The notes below the pieces were generated by a model. It made no database searches. It was not told the origin of the DNA and worked only from the letters and a program-made list of their open reading frames with translations. Of a stretch of 64,000 nt of DNA, positions 13,440-27,159 are shown one piece after another. Made by a program: the position numbers and the translations under genes. The stretch spans positions 49,166,001 to 49,230,000 of the forward strand of contig NC_043012.1 in assembly GCF_006345805.1 (NCBI RefSeq), read 5' to 3'. How positions within the stretch are numbered: the first letter of the stretch is position 1; each line of letters starts with the position of its first letter. The stretch is from Octopus sinensis. Lineage: Eukaryota.

Positions 13440-14680
13440 ATAATTGGAGCTATTCTTTTATTCTTTTACTTGTTTCAGTCATTTGACTGTGGCCATGCTG
13501 GAGCACTACCTTAAGGGGTTTAAGTCGAACAAATCGAACCCAAGCCTTATTCTTTGCCAGCCTAGTACTTATTCTATCGGTCTCTTTGGTCAGCCGAGGC
13601 TATAAGTCTGTAATAGAAGACATAAACACACCAACATCGGTTGTCAAGCGATGTTGGAAGGGACAAACAAAGACACAAAAATACGCACACACGCATATAT
13701 ATGTATATATATATACACACACACACACACGGCTGGCTTCTTTCAGCCTCCGTCTACAGGTCTACTCACAAGGCTTTGGTCGGCCCGAGGCTATAGTAGA
13801 AGACACTTGGCCAAGGTGCCCAAATGCCACGTAGTGGAACTGAACCCGGAACCATGTGGTTGGGAAACAAGCTTCTTACCACACGGCCACGCCTGCGCCT
13901 AAATATTTTACTTTCAAAAACTACGATTCATTTAATTATTTTGTATTAGCACCAAGAATTCTGATAAAAAGGTAAATTAAAAATATTGTATGCATGCCAT
14001 ATGTCCTGATATTTCTAACTGTGGTAAAAGAATACTTTCGAAGTATACGTGCCATGTAGCCCGCTCCATGATTGTCATGCAGCTTGCTACATGATTGTTG
14101 TATAGGCGTAGGAGTGGCTGTGTGGTAAGTATCTTGCTTACGAACCACATGGTCCCGGTTCTGTCCCACTGCGTGGCACCTTGGGCAAGTGTCTTCTACT
14201 ATAGCCTCGGGCCAACCAAAGCCTTGTGAGTGGATTTGGTAGATGGAAACTGAAAGAAGCCCGTCGTATATATGTATATATATAATGTATATATCTATGT
14301 GTGTGTGTATATGTTTGTGTGTCTGTGTTTGTACCCCCAACATCGCTTGACAACCGATGCTGGTGTGTTTACGCCCCCCGTAACTTAGCGGTTCGGCAAA
14401 GGGGAACGATAGAATATGTACTAGGCTTACAAAGAATAAGTCCTGGGGTATATGCGTATGTATATGTTTGTGTGTCTGTGTTTGTCCCCCTCACCAACAT
14501 CACTTAACAACCGATGCTGGTATGTTTACGTCGCCGTAAGTTAGCAGCTTGGCAAAGGAGCCCGATAGAATGAGTACAAGGCTTACAAAAAGTAATTCTT
14601 GGAGTCGATTTGTTCGACCAAAGACGGTGCTCCAGCATGACCGCATTCAAAATGACTGAATCAAATAAAAGAATAAAAGA
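13440..14680. mobile_element. SINE family A copies (13440-13900 minus; 14105-14680 plus with internal duplication)
   Basis: Head GGAGTGGCTGTGTGGTAAG...GGTTCAGTCCCACTGCG, body GACGGAAACTGAAAGAAGCCCGTCG, internal TA/TG microsatellite, tail CCAGCATGGCCGCAGTCAAATGACTGAAACAAGTAAAAGA. Other full or partial copies at about 4735-5135(-), 6190-6660(+), 15655-16180(+), 16800-16970(+), 17675-18090(-), 19270-19570(+), 24965-25390(+), 29370-29590(-), 57830-58275(-), 60028-60500(+), 61550-61710(+), 63145-63590(+). Confidence 0.9.
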
Positions 14681-14705
14681 ATATTTTCATATAGATGTTC
14701 ATACA

Positions 14706-14787
14706 GGTAGCGTGGCCGAGCGGTCTAAGGCGCTGGTTTAAGGCACCAGTCTCTTCGGAGGCGTGGGTTCGAATCCCACCGCTGCCA
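14706..14787 (+). tRNA. tRNA-Leu(AAG), intact
   Basis: GGTAGCG/CGCTGCC acceptor stem + discriminator A; A box TGGCCGAGCGG; anticodon arm CTGGT-TT AAG GC-ACCAG; long variable arm; B box GGTTCGAATCC; T-run Pol III terminator at 14794-14801. Near-identical to metazoan tRNA-Leu-AAG. Confidence 0.97.
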
Positions 14788-15158
14788 ACAACATTTTTTT
14801 TCTCTTTTTTTATAGGTGTATGAATTGATGTGTGGTAAGTAGCTTGCTTACCTACCACATGGTTCCGGGTTCATCCCCACTGCGCAAGTGTCTTCTAATA
14901 TAGCCTTGGGTCGACCAAAGTCTTGCGTTAGCACACCGGGCAAAATGCTTAGCAGTATTTCGTCTGTCTTTACGTCCTGAGTTCAAATTCCGCCAAGGTC
15001 GACTTTGCCTTTCATCCTTTCGGGGTCGATAAATTAAGTACCAGTTACGCACTGGGGTCGATGAAATCGACATAATCCCTTTGTCTGCCCTTGTGTCCCC
15101 CCTCTATTTTTAGACTTTTGTGGGCAATGAAGAAATAGGAAACTGAAAGAAGCTTGCC

Positions 15159-15222
<64 letters not shown>

Positions 15223-16271
15223 GTATATTTGTCTGTGTTTGTCCCCCCCAACATCGCCGATATCGCCAACTAGTCGCTATAAATGTAGCTGTTGGTGATG
15301 ATAGTACACTTGACGTGCAAGAGATAGCAGCCAAATCACATTCTACTATCTTAAAAAGGAAGTGTATTTCATGGTAATGTTGATTATGAAAAGTCAAGGT
15401 GATAAGTTATGGAGAAACTGAAGAACACAAAGAGAAGAGATAAAAGATATGAGTATGGCTAGGTAAAAATGAAAGATTATACAGAGATTGGTGAGAAGAT
15501 GAAGGAAAGAACACGACATAAAATATGAACAGATGAAAGAAAGATGAAGAGATAATTGTATCAGATATTTGTGTGCCTCACACTAATAATAATTATCATC
15601 GAGAAAATATTTCATCTAGTTACGCTTAGTGGCAAACTTAGTTTCATCATAGTTATTTAGGAGTGGCTCTGTGGTGAGTAGCTTGCTTACCAACCACATG
15701 GCTTCGGGTTCAGTCCCACTGCGTGGCATCATGGACAAGTGTCTTCTACTATAGCCTCGGGCCAACCAAAGACTTGCGAGTGGATTTAGGAGACGAAAAC
15801 TGAAAAGAAGCCCGTCGTATATGGTTCCGGGTTCAGTCCCACTGCGTGGAACCTTGGGCAAGTGTCTTCTACTATAGCTTCGGGCCGACCACAGCCTTGT
15901 GGGTGGATTTTGTAGATGAAAACTGAAAAAAGCCCGTCGTATATATGTACGTATATGTGTGTGTTTGTTTGTCTGTGCTTGTCCCCCCAGCATCGCTTGA
16001 CAATCGATGCTGGTGTGTTTACGCCCCCGTAACTTAGTGGTTCGGCAAAAGAGAACGATAGAATAAGTACTAGGCTTACAAAGAATAAGTCCTGGGGTCG
16101 ATTTGCTCGACTAAAAGGCGGTGCTCCATCATGGCCGCAGTCAAATGACTGAAACAGTTAAAAGACTAAAAGACTAAAAGACATGTACATACAAACATAC
16201 ATATACACATGCATTCATATGAACACAGATACATACATAGTTGCACACACACATACACACACACACACACT

Positions 16272-16331
<60 letters not shown>

Positions 16332-17056
16332 TCGAAGTCACTATTAACAATATTGAGCAATACTTCAGTTTAGTAGGGATTTTAAATTTTGGTACAAGGG
16401 CAGCTCGTAAGTGTGTGTGTGTGTGGGGGGGAAGTAACTCTGTTACATCGATACCAGAGTTCAAATGATATTTTACCGACCCCAGTAGAGTGAAAGGCAA
16501 AGTCGAACACGATAGAATTTGAAATTCGGTTTATATTGGTTTAAAATTTTGGCCTAAGGCCAGCAGACTTGGGTGAGAGGCGATATCGATTACATCAATC
16601 CCAGTGTTCTACCGGTTCTTATTTTATCGACCCAACCCCCTTATGAATGAAATACAAAATCGACCTCGGCAGAATCTGAACGCAGAACATAAAGACGGAC
16701 GAAGTGTCGCTCAGCATCTTACCCGGCAGGTTAATGATTCTGCTACCTCGCTTGCTTTACTTCACTTTAATATTGAACTGAATTTAAAATTTAGCGTTTC
16801 ATAGGCATGGCTGTGTGGTTAGGAGCTAGCTTTGCAGCCACATGATTCCGGGTTCAGTCCTACAGCGTGGTACCTTGGGCTGACCAAAGCCTCGGGCTGG
16901 CTAAAGCCTCGGGTTGGCCAAAGCCTTGTGAGTGAATTTAGTAAACAAGAACTGAAGCAACCATGTCGTATGTGCGTGCGTGCGTGTGTGCGTGTGTGGT
17001 GTGTGTATGTGTGTGTGCGTGCGTATGTGTGTGTGTGTGTATGTGTGTGTGCGTGC

Positions 17057-17119
<63 letters not shown>

Positions 17120-17408
17120 CAATGGAAGTGAGATGGTGAACGTTCAATGCTGAAAAGAAAAATCAAACAGTATTTCAATTCTGTGTATTTGGTATTTACC
17201 TGCCAGCTCCCGTATTTAGTCACGGCCAACTTTATGTGGCCTTAAGTCGGAAAAGAAGGAAGGAAAACTTGAAAATTCTTTTGAAGGAAACAAGAAGGCA
17301 AATGGTATTAGTTGCAGACTGATTTTTCACACAAAATTTACTAATAAAAGAATTATTACACCAAAATCTTGGTCATGTACTTTATTTATATATAAAATAC
17401 TACAATTA

Positions 17409-17441
17409 GCCGTCATTTTTTACGGCACGAGGCCCTGCTAG
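17409..17441 (+). mobile_element. Helitron-like 3' terminus
   Basis: Hairpin GCCGT cattttt t ACGGC followed 11 nt later by CTAG|T; 5' end not located. Confidence 0.5.
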
Positions 17442-18179
17442 TATACATATATATATATGATACGTCGATCTCCTTTCAGTTTCCGTCTACTAACTCCACT
17501 CACAAGGTATCGATCGGTGCGAGACTATAGTGATGAGAATTTTGTAATGAGAACCACTAGTATGGTCCTGGGGTCGAGAAATTAAGTACCAGTCGCTTAC
17601 TGGGATCCATCTAATCGAGTGGCCGCTCGCAACCCAAATGATTTTGGGCCTTGTGCTTAAAGTAGAAAAGAATATTACTCTTTTACTCTTTTACTTGTTT
17701 CAGTCACTTGACTGCGGCCATGCTGGAGCACCGCCTTTAGTCGAGCAAATCGACCCCGGGACTTATTCTTTGTAAGCCCAGTACTTATTCTATCGGTCTC
17801 TTTTTTTGCCGAACCGCTAAGTGACGGGGACATAAACACACCAGCATCGGTTGTCAAGCAATGCTAGAGGGACAAACACAGGCACACAAACACACATACA
17901 CACATATATATATATACATATATACGACAGGCTTCTTTCAGTTTCCGTCTACCAAATCCACTCAGAAGGCATTGGTCGGCCCGGGGCTATAGCAGAAGAC
18001 ACTTGCCCAAGATGCCACGCAGTGGGACTGAACCCGGAACCATGTGGTTGGTTAGCAAGCTACTTACCACACAGCCACTCCTGCGCCTATGTATGTTTAG
18101 TACTTATTTTAACGATATCTATTTATCGAATGTTAAAGTTATTTTGACATAGTGTACACAGCTCCAGTTTATAAAGACA

Positions 18180-18760
18180 TACTCACTCTCTCTCTCTCAC
18201 ACGCACACACTCACTCTCTCTCACACACATTCACTCTCTCTCTCTCTCACACACATACTCATATAATCACTCTCTCTCACGCACACACACACACACTCTC
18301 TCGTACATACAGCCACACATACACAAACACAGCCACACACAAAGCCACATACACAGCCACAAACACACTCACGCACACACACACACTCACACACTCTCTC
18401 TCTCTCACACACACACACTCACATACTCACACAGACTTACTCTCTCTCTCTCTCATGCACACACACACACACACTCTCACACACACAGCCACACGCACAC
18501 TCTCTCTCTCACACAACACACACACACACACACACAAACGCGCGCGCGCACACACGCACACACACACACACAAACACACTCACACAGACACACACACTCT
18601 CTCTCACACACTCACATAGACTTTCTCTCTCTCTCATGCACACACACACACACACTCTCTCTCTCACACACAGCCACACGCACACTCTCTCTCTCACACA
18701 AACACACACACACAGCCACACACACAGCCACACACACACACACACATACACACACACACG
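18180..18760 (+). repeat. CA/CT mosaic satellite
   Basis: Alternating CA and CT runs with recurring CACAGCCAC motifs. Confidence 0.85.
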
Positions 18761-19400
18761 TGTTCGTAGCAGCAGCCATTTGTTCATCATATCGTGCTTC
18801 TTAAACACACAGCTATGGCTTTTTATTTCTGATGTTATTTTTTTTATTACTCCACTGTTTCTGATGTCCCTTTGTGGTTCTTTTTCTTCTCTTCCTCTGT
18901 TCTTTTTTTTTCTATTAATACAAATTACTTTCTTCTCGAAATCGAGCTTCCTGTTTACAGACGATATAACATCTTAAAACAGCGTTGTTTTTGTTATTAT
19001 TGCCTTAGTCCCAGGTCAACCATAATGAAGTAGACCAGTGATCAAAGGCATTCCATCCCTGATCCTCCCATCTTTTACCAGTAGAGTGCACACAGGATCA
19101 AATTATTCAATGTACTGACATGTTATAAGATGGCCATGTGTATTTTCTTGAAGGGGATTTAGCCGTTATTTTCAGCAAGTCGAGCAAATGTGTAGGGACT
19201 CATTTAATATAATATAATATAATATAACATGATAAGATAAGATATGATATGATATGATATGATATAATATAGCTTGCTTCCCAACCGGCTGGTCTGGGTT
19301 CAGTCCCACTGCGTGACATCTTGATCAAGTGTCTTCCAGACTCGGTCAAACAAAGCCTTGTGAGTGAACCCGGTAGATTGGAAATGAAAGAAGCCCGTCT

Positions 19401-19451
<51 letters not shown>

Positions 19452-20092
19452 TATATGTATGTATGTATATATATATGCTTCATACGTCTATACCGACGGG
19501 AGAGTCTATCATATTTGTGTGTATGTGTGGTGCTCCAGCATGGCCACAGTCAAATGACTGAAGCAAGTAAAAAAGTTAGAGAGTATATACGCGAACACGC
19601 ACACATACACACGCACATATATATTTATAAATATATATATGGATATATACATATATATATACTGTAAACACACACTCATACGCACACATATTTATATATA
19701 CATATATTTATATATATATTTATATATATATATGTGTGTGTGTGTATCATAAAGGTGGCTTGTTCGCAATTTAGAACCGAAAGGCAGAACTAGAGACGTC
19801 ACTAAAGTGACTAAGCGGGGAACTAGTTAGCGCCAGCATTGCTAGAAAGAAGAGTCAAGGCCACTCTTAGCCACGATAAGGCACTTATCTTATGACCGAC
19901 AAGGGAAGCGAGCTCCCTAGAGCATTTCATACATGTATGTATATATATTAGTGTTTCACTCCTGTACCTGCAAGCTGTATCCCACAAAGTGAGAAATAGA
20001 GGGAAAGAGAGAGGGAGGGAGTAGCTGAAGACGTGCAATGATTTCTCGGAGGTAGACATAACTTTGATAGTTTAATGCTATTTATGCTTGTA

Positions 20093-20520
20093 GGAAGGCG
20101 GCGAGCTGGCTGAAACGTTAAGCAAGCAGGGCGAAATGCGTAGCCGTATTTCGTCTGCCGTTACGTTCTGAGTTCAAATTCCGCCGAGGTCGACTTTGCC
20201 TTTCATCCTTTCGGGATCGATAAATTAAGTACCAGTTACGCATTGGGGTCGATGTAATCGACTTAATCCGTTTGTCTGTCCTTGTTTGTCCTCTCTGTGT
20301 TTAGCCCCTTGTGGGTAGTAAAGAAATAGGTATTTCATCTGTCTTTACATGTTGACTTCAAATTCCGCCGAGGTCGACTTTGCCTTTCATCCTTTCGGGG
20401 TCGATTAAATAAGTACCAGTTATTCACTGGGGTCGATATAATCGGCTTAATCCGTTTGTCTGTCCTTGTTTGTCCTCTCTGTGTTTAGCCCCTTGTGGGT
20501 AGTAAAGAAATAGATATTTA
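20093..20520 (+). mobile_element. SINE family B with tandem duplication of its 3' part
   Basis: GGCGGCGAGCTGGC.GAAACGTTAGC...GAGTTCAAATTCCGCCGAGGTCGACTTTGCCTTTCATCCTTTCGGGGTCGATAAATTAAGTACCAG; 3' ~180 bp repeated. Other copies at about 1330-1540(-), 5352-5720(+), 5730-5930(+), 7520-7740(+), 9750-9940(-), 14930-15130(+), 16560-16760(-), 17560-17670(-), 34040-34130(+), 48760-48850(-). Confidence 0.9.
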
Positions 20521-21072
20521 TGCTTGTGCTTCCATCTGACTATTTTGACGTTTTGACTTTCATTCTTTCAGGTTTGGTAAATAAACTACAAACTCGGTAC
20601 TAGGTATTCGTGTCTCGCAATGTTTTTTTGTCCAACTGGATGTCATACCCCTCTTTGTTTTTTTTTTGTGTTTTTCGTGGTGGGTGGGGAGGAAGAACAC
20701 CTCACCAATTGGTCAGGTCTAAAAATGCCAGTACGATGCTGTGTGCCATGACAAGCCCTTATGTCTCCACCAGGAAATAGAATCCCATGGAGTGTTCCTG
20801 CTGCATGTTACCCGTCTATAGAAAGATGGGGTTAATGTTTGTCTTCGACAGTTGTACGACAGCTGCAGGAATAACATGGACGGGGAGACAATTCCAGAGA
20901 TTTGATGATCTGGAAAGGAAAGCTTGGGCGCAGAGGTAATTAAGGGCTCTGCAGCCGGTGGTGGTCTAACGCAATATGCGTGACAAGAGGAGAGACGCAT
21001 GAGACGGAATAATGGTAAGCATCCAGCTCTAAGGAGTAAAGGCTACAGTCGTACGGATAGAAACAAAGATGC

Positions 21073-21108
<36 letters not shown>

Positions 21109-21333
21109 GAGGGGATAAAGAGAGGGGAGGGGAGTGATAGAGGAGGGGAGTGAGAGAGGAGGGGAGTGAGAAAGGAGGGGAGAGAGAGAGGTAGAGAGAG
21201 AGAGGATGCAACATGTCACTTGGTCAGAGGTTGGTCAGCAAATTCATGCCAATCAGTAAACGTCTCATTCGCAATAAGCAATAAGAACTCAGCACCGCCC
21301 CAACTGTAGTTTTTGGTTTAATATATCTAGAAC

Positions 21334-21643
21334 CAGGAAGGCACGTAGCTTAGTGGTCAGCGTATTCGACTCAGTTCCGGGCGACGCGTTGTGTCCTTCA
21401 GCAAGACATTTTATTTCACGTTGCTCCAGTCCACTCAGCTGGCAAAAATGAGTAGTACCTGTATTTCAAAGGACCATTCTTGTCACACTCTGTCTCGCTG
21501 AATCTCCCTGAGAACTACGTTAAGGGTACACATGTCTGTGGACTGTTAAACCATTTACACGTTAATTTCATGAGCAAGCTGTTCTATTGATCGTATCAGC
21601 TGAGACCTTCGTCGTCGTAACCGACGGAGTTCCAGTTAGCCAG
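21334..21643 (+). mobile_element. tRNA-derived SINE family D
   Basis: tRNA-like head, CAAGACATTTTATTTCACGTTGCTCCAGTCCACTCAGCTG core, GAGAACTACGTTAAGGGTACAC tail; 12-bp TSD TATATCTAGAAC (21322-21333, 21644-21655). Another copy at 34911-35158 (+). Confidence 0.85.
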
Positions 21644-21740
21644 TATATCTAGAACTGCAATATTGGATGTAGCATTCTTTTTTACGTGTATAGAGTGTCA
21701 CTTGACTGCTATTTCGAACAGGTCAAACTATCCTGTAAAG

Positions 21741-21985
21741 CATGGCTCCCAACCATTTTTTACCCATGGAACCCTTTGATTCCTATTTTATTCTGCTGGA
21801 GCATCATTTTAAAAGACCCCATTATATTTTTATAATTAAATATTTATTGTCAGGAATAGAATTTAAAAAATGTTAGAATATTTTGTGCATTTTAGAAGTA
21901 TAAGCAATCTATTGCGGATAAATTTTAACAACAGAATCTTATATGAATCTACAAGAGCCATATGGACGCTGATTGGGAACCACTG
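21741..21985. mobile_element. hAT MITE
   Basis: Ends CATGGCTCCCAACC / GATTGGGAACCACTG; 8-bp TSD CTGTAAAG / CCGTAAAG (7/8). Confidence 0.75.
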
Positions 21986-22141
21986 CCGTAAAGTATAACC
22001 TACTGGTTCGTTATTCTGTAATTGCTGTTATTATTATTGGTAGGCCCTGGTCTGTTCGTGTTGACTTATATCAAAGTTATTCCAACAGCGACCACACATT
22101 TTTCTATAAAGAGAGTCCTTTCAGATTATATTATTCAATAT

Positions 22142-22457
22142 AAAAAAAAAAAACGATAAACGTCTCCCTTTTCAAGCCTAGCCAGGATCATGGGCCCGGT
22201 TTCCCGGCGTATGCGTTCCCCCCAGCTGGACGGCGCGCCAGTCCATCGCAGCGTTACTCGAGAAACAGGAAGAGAAAGTGAGAGAAAGTTGTGGCGAAAG
22301 AGTGCAACAGGGGTCGTCACAAGCTCCTGCCGGAGCCTCGTGGAGTTTTAGGTGTTTTCGCTCAATAAACACACACAACGCCCGGTCTTGGAATCGAAAC
22401 CGCGATCCTCCGACCGCGAGTCCGCTGCCCTAACCACTGGGCCATTGCGCCTCCACA
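22142..22457 (-). mobile_element. tRNA-derived SINE family E
   Basis: Head TGGCCCAGTGGTTAGGGCAGCGGACTC...GGTTTCGATTCC; tail GCTGCGATGGACTGGCG..GTCCAG; 10-bp TSD TATTCAATAT (22132-22141, 22458-22467). Confidence 0.85.
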
Positions 22458-22490
22458 TATTCAATATGCCTTTCCTTACTATAAGAACGA

Positions 22491-22846
22491 GTGAAGGCGC
22501 ATGGCCCAGTGGTTAGAGCGTCGAGCTTACGATCGTGAGGTTGTGAGCTCGAATCCCGGACCGGGCTGCGTGTTGTATTCTTGAGCAAGGCACTTTATTT
22601 CACGTTGCTCCAGTTCACTCAGCTGTAGAAATGAGTTGCGACGTCACAGGTGCTAAGCTGTATCGGCCCCTTTGCCTCTCCCTTGGATAACCACTGGTGG
22701 CGTGGAGAGGGGAGGCCGGTATGTATGGGCAACTGCTGGTCTTCCATAAACCACCTTGCCCAGACTTGTGACTAGGAGCGTAACTTTCTAGGTGCAATCC
22801 CATGGTCAGTGTCGTGACCGAAGGGGGTCCCGACGACCGACCCGAT
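22491..22846 (+). mobile_element. tRNA-derived SINE family C
   Basis: A box TGGCCCAGTGG, B-box-like GCTCGAATCCC; 11-bp TSD TATAAGAACGA (22480-22490, 22847-22857). Second copy at 27599-27910 (-). Confidence 0.87.
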
Positions 22847-23304
22847 TATAAGAACGAAAATAATGTGAAAATTGAAGGGCAATTGGCTGATGTTGCAAAC
22901 AGATCCATCAACCACGCTGAGATTTCTTCATTGATTCAGTTTCGTAGTTGCTACTGATGCTGTTGTTTAATCCCATTTGTGCATTGATCGAAGAAATCTA
23001 TGATCAAAGGCAACCCAGCTTTGACCATCCCGTATTATACATGTCCTTTATTTTAATTAGGTGGTTGTGTGTGGTGTGATTCGAAGAAGATTTAGATAGA
23101 ATTTCTGTCAAGTGGGGGAAAAAAACCATAAAAAGAACAACATATAGCCGCTTCCACGTTGGCTCGTGTTTCTGTAGTGCTAAGTATATATTGTAAGAGT
23201 TTCTTCCTGGAGAGGGCGTTTCGCTTCTTGACGCTAATGTCTTCCAGATGTTTTACTTTGTTATTATCAGAGATACGTGAAGTGATGCTCTTCAAATAAA
23301 CTAT

Positions 23305-23456
23305 CTAACTAGGATGACGATGACGATGATGACGATGATGATGATGATGATGATGATGATAATGATGACGTTGATGATAATGATGAGGAGGAGGATGATA
23401 ATGATGATGACGATGATGATGATGAGGACGATGATAATGATGATGATGATGAGGAC

Positions 23457-23502
<46 letters not shown>

Positions 23503-23530
23503 GTGATAATGATGATGATGATGATGATAA
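23305..23530 (+). repeat. (GAT)n microsatellite
   Basis: Interrupted GAT/GAC/GAG triplets; explains the poly-His/poly-Met ORFs. Confidence 0.95.
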
Positions 23531-25143
23531 CTTTTAATAGTTATAAGACCAAAACAATTATACACTTGGTCCATAAATACTTTATCTGATCAGTTAATGC
23601 ATTCTGATAATAACCGAAAACGGTGTTCTCTCAGGATTGATAAAGGTGAAACTGCTTGCTCTAATTTATCAACCATAATTTTTTTGGGGTCTAGTATATG
23701 ATTATTTACTAAAACCTGACTAACGCTCTATCGCCCTTATACAACGGGGTTGTACGTGGTCTCAATATGCATGTCTCCACGGATATTTCTTTGCGCGTTT
23801 AAAAAGTTTTATTAAAAAGATGTTATGATGAAAAAAAATGTCCTGGCTTGGAGTAGAACACTAAACTGTATTTATGCTAAAACACAAAAGGAAACGACAG
23901 GTTGGCCGGCTGGAACTCATTTAAAAATAGGTTCATTTAGAAAAGCGGACAATGTGATGCCAGGTATTTAAAGGATTCAAACTTCTGAAATTTCAGCTAA
24001 ACATCAGTCTGAATCTCAAAATTTATAAAAAAATTTTATTTCCTCAACATAGTCGTATCCATAAGCTAAACGCAAAACCTTACCTTAAGCTCTAATATTA
24101 GATTATAATATTAACTCTAAACTTTAATCCTAAACCCTTATCTGCATACCCTAGCCCTAATTCTAAGCCCTAAACCCTAAACCCAAAATCCGAATTCATA
24201 AATCTAACTTGTTTTTAATAATACATAAATTTGCTTCAGCAATGAGTTACCATTTGATTGTAGCATACACTACTGCATTACAAAAGGTAAAGAAATACTG
24301 GTGCATAAAATAAGAGGGAACGCCACGATTGGAACGCCTTTGGCCACAGGATTATTTGCTAATGAATGATCTGTTTCTACATAACAATGCCTGCGATAAT
24401 TAAAGGCGAATGACATCATATATAAAATTTCTTTAAAAAGTTTTGTGTGTATTTTTTCATAAGTAAGAATTTGAAGATAATTTATTTAATTTCAAAATGC
24501 CTCTAGCGTTCATTGTAAAGATTATACAAAAATGACCATTACTTCCTGTTTCTCCAAGGCTATTATCAGCTTTTTGCAACACCCTGTCTCTTTTATCGAG
24601 AGTCGCGGTAGGCCGTCATGTTAATCCATCGAGATAAGCCCTGGAATCCATTGTGCATTTTGAGCTCCTACTCATCCTGAACGGTTAAGCAAAGTGTTAA
24701 TGAAGAGCTGCAAATATATACTGGGTATCGTTTCACATGCACCCGTCGTGTGTCCTACCAAAGATTGAAATATGACTTTGTTGTCACATTGCGCCACCCC
24801 TACTCGCTGCATCTGTCTCCGCGTGTCATAAAGTATGTGCCATAACTCGGACAGTACAGCCTCTTGAAGGACAGCTGCTTATTCCAGTATTACAATCTAG
24901 TATTTAGTTGTCATTGTGGTATTGATGTGAGGTACATTTGAGATTTGAAACGTCTGGAAATATTGTTTGGAGTGGCTGTGTGGTAAGTAGCTTGCTTACG
25001 AACCAGATGGTTCCGGGTTCAGTCCCTCAGCGTGGAACCTTGTCTTCTACTATAGAACCTTGTCTTCCACTTGTGAGTGGATTTGGTAGACGGAAACTGA
25101 AAGAAGCCAGTCGTATATATGTGTATGTGTGTGTGTGTGTACG

Positions 25144-25182
<39 letters not shown>

Positions 25183-25446
25183 TTGTGTGTCTGTGTTTGT
25201 TCCTCCAACATCACTTGACAACCGATGCTGGTGTATTTACGTCCCCGCAACTTAGCGGTTCGGCAAAAGAGACCGTGGAATAAGTAATAGGCTTACAAAG
25301 AATAAGTCCTGGGGTCGATTTGCTCGACTAAAGGTGGTGCTCCAGCATGGCCACAGTCAAATGACTGAAACAAGTAAAAGAGTAGAAAGAGTAAAAATGA
25401 GTTATTAATATAACAAAACAGGAAACTAGAAATTTTCTGAATATAA

Positions 25447-25606
25447 TTTATTCACCATTACACATGTTTCATTTGCTTATAGGAATGACAAAATTGTACA
25501 TGTAAGAATAGGAATTTCTTATAGGATATTTCTTACATATATTTATCCAACATGTATTATTTTGTAATTCTTATTAGCAAATGAAACATGTATAATGCCG
25601 AATAAA
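25447..25606. repeat. AT-rich inverted repeat
   Basis: 48-bp arms 25447-25494 / 25559-25606, 6 mismatches. Confidence 0.8.
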
Positions 25607-27018
25607 TATCCCCAAATTTTCCACACTTCTGTTTTGTTACATGCGCGCTCGCTCACGCACACAATTTAGAGTAAAGAGTATTGGAAGGAGACTTAATCGG
25701 TCACCCCGTTCAACAGACCGTCTTTGCCAATGGGTGCCTTTACCAGAGTTCATTCCGTTGGAAGCAGTCGGGTCAGATTTCTGGTCTGAGGATAATTTCC
25801 TCCTGCCAATGCCCGATGCCTGAAAAGAGGTCATGGGTACTATCCATTTTACCTTGTCGGACTAGGTTATAATAAATAAATACATAAATAAATAAATACT
25901 GTCATTGGATAACCGATAAGAAATCTATCAAAATGTACGTAATGAGCCGCTGGCAAATATAAAGTCAATTGGTCCCCATGCCATTGCTTATAAGTGGAAA
26001 GCGCTTGAATGAGGAATAGATGTGGCGAGATGATTAAAGTAAGTTCAACCATCCGGAGACTTAACCCAACTCTACGGTGTTGGCATCCTCTGTTATATAT
26101 TAATGTATTAATCGTTAAAGAAATCATCGAAAGACAGGAAGCCCGAGAGAAAGAGAAAGAAAGAGATTGTGTATGTGTTTGAGGGAGAGAGAGAGAAATC
26201 AGTTTTATCGGACGTCATTGAGTCAGTGTCTTAGAGTCATTAAAATATCATGTGACCAACACACTGGGGTTAGACAGTTCAAGAAAATGAAAATCCCATT
26301 CTGATGAATGAAGAAATGAATAAATGAATGAGAGGCTAAAGTATTCTATTCAAATAAATTAACAGCAGAATGAATAATTGCTAGCTATCTTAAACAGTAA
26401 GTTCAATCTATGCTCCAAAATCCGTTCTACAGTGATGAGAAATTTGTAATGAGAACTACTAGTATGCCGTAGTGTTTGTGATGGTTACCGCGTGTAATTA
26501 AATTGGATTTACTTTCAGCCACAGCCTATTCTCTCGGGACGTTTTATTGCGGTTTCATTTCCTACTTAGATCACTTTACATGAGTCTGTGTGTCGATATG
26601 TATGTATATATTAATGCATACGTGTATGTGGTGTGTGCGTCATGTGTACCCACATTCAGGCTCATATATATACGTATTTGTTTATACGTGTTACTCTTAC
26701 TTTCTCCCTCTTTGTGTGTGTCTGTATATGTGTGTGTATATATATATACATACATACATACATACATATGTATATTCATATATATATGTATATAAACACA
26801 CATACACATGCACACACACACACACATATATGTGTTCAGACTCGTGCACACATGTATGCCTAGACATATACACTTTAAATAGGCATTTATAAACAATCGT
26901 TTAACTAACTGCTGGTGTATAGCTATCAGCTTATCTAAGTTATTCACCTTTAATTATCACATTTCCCCCACTTTACGTACGAACACATTCATACATATAC
27001 GCGCTCTGTACACATTCC

Positions 27019-27054
<36 letters not shown>

Positions 27055-27159
27055 CACACATAAACATACAAACCGTTATACGCATACATATGCTTTTTTG
27101 TATATATAGCCACTACACACATTTGTTTCTTTCCTTGTTTCTCTCCTTGTTTTTTCTGT

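Noticed and set aside
20725-21010. GC-richer block with splice-like signals
   Set aside because: No frame gives a recognisable protein; stops in several frames; needs BLASTx/RNA-seq.
23305-23589. Poly-His / poly-Met ORFs
   Set aside because: (GAT)n microsatellite.
25640-25870. GC-richer block; minus frame 'RGDRLSLLPILFTL' resembling RT motif QGDPLSP
   Set aside because: Similarity too short and weak to call.
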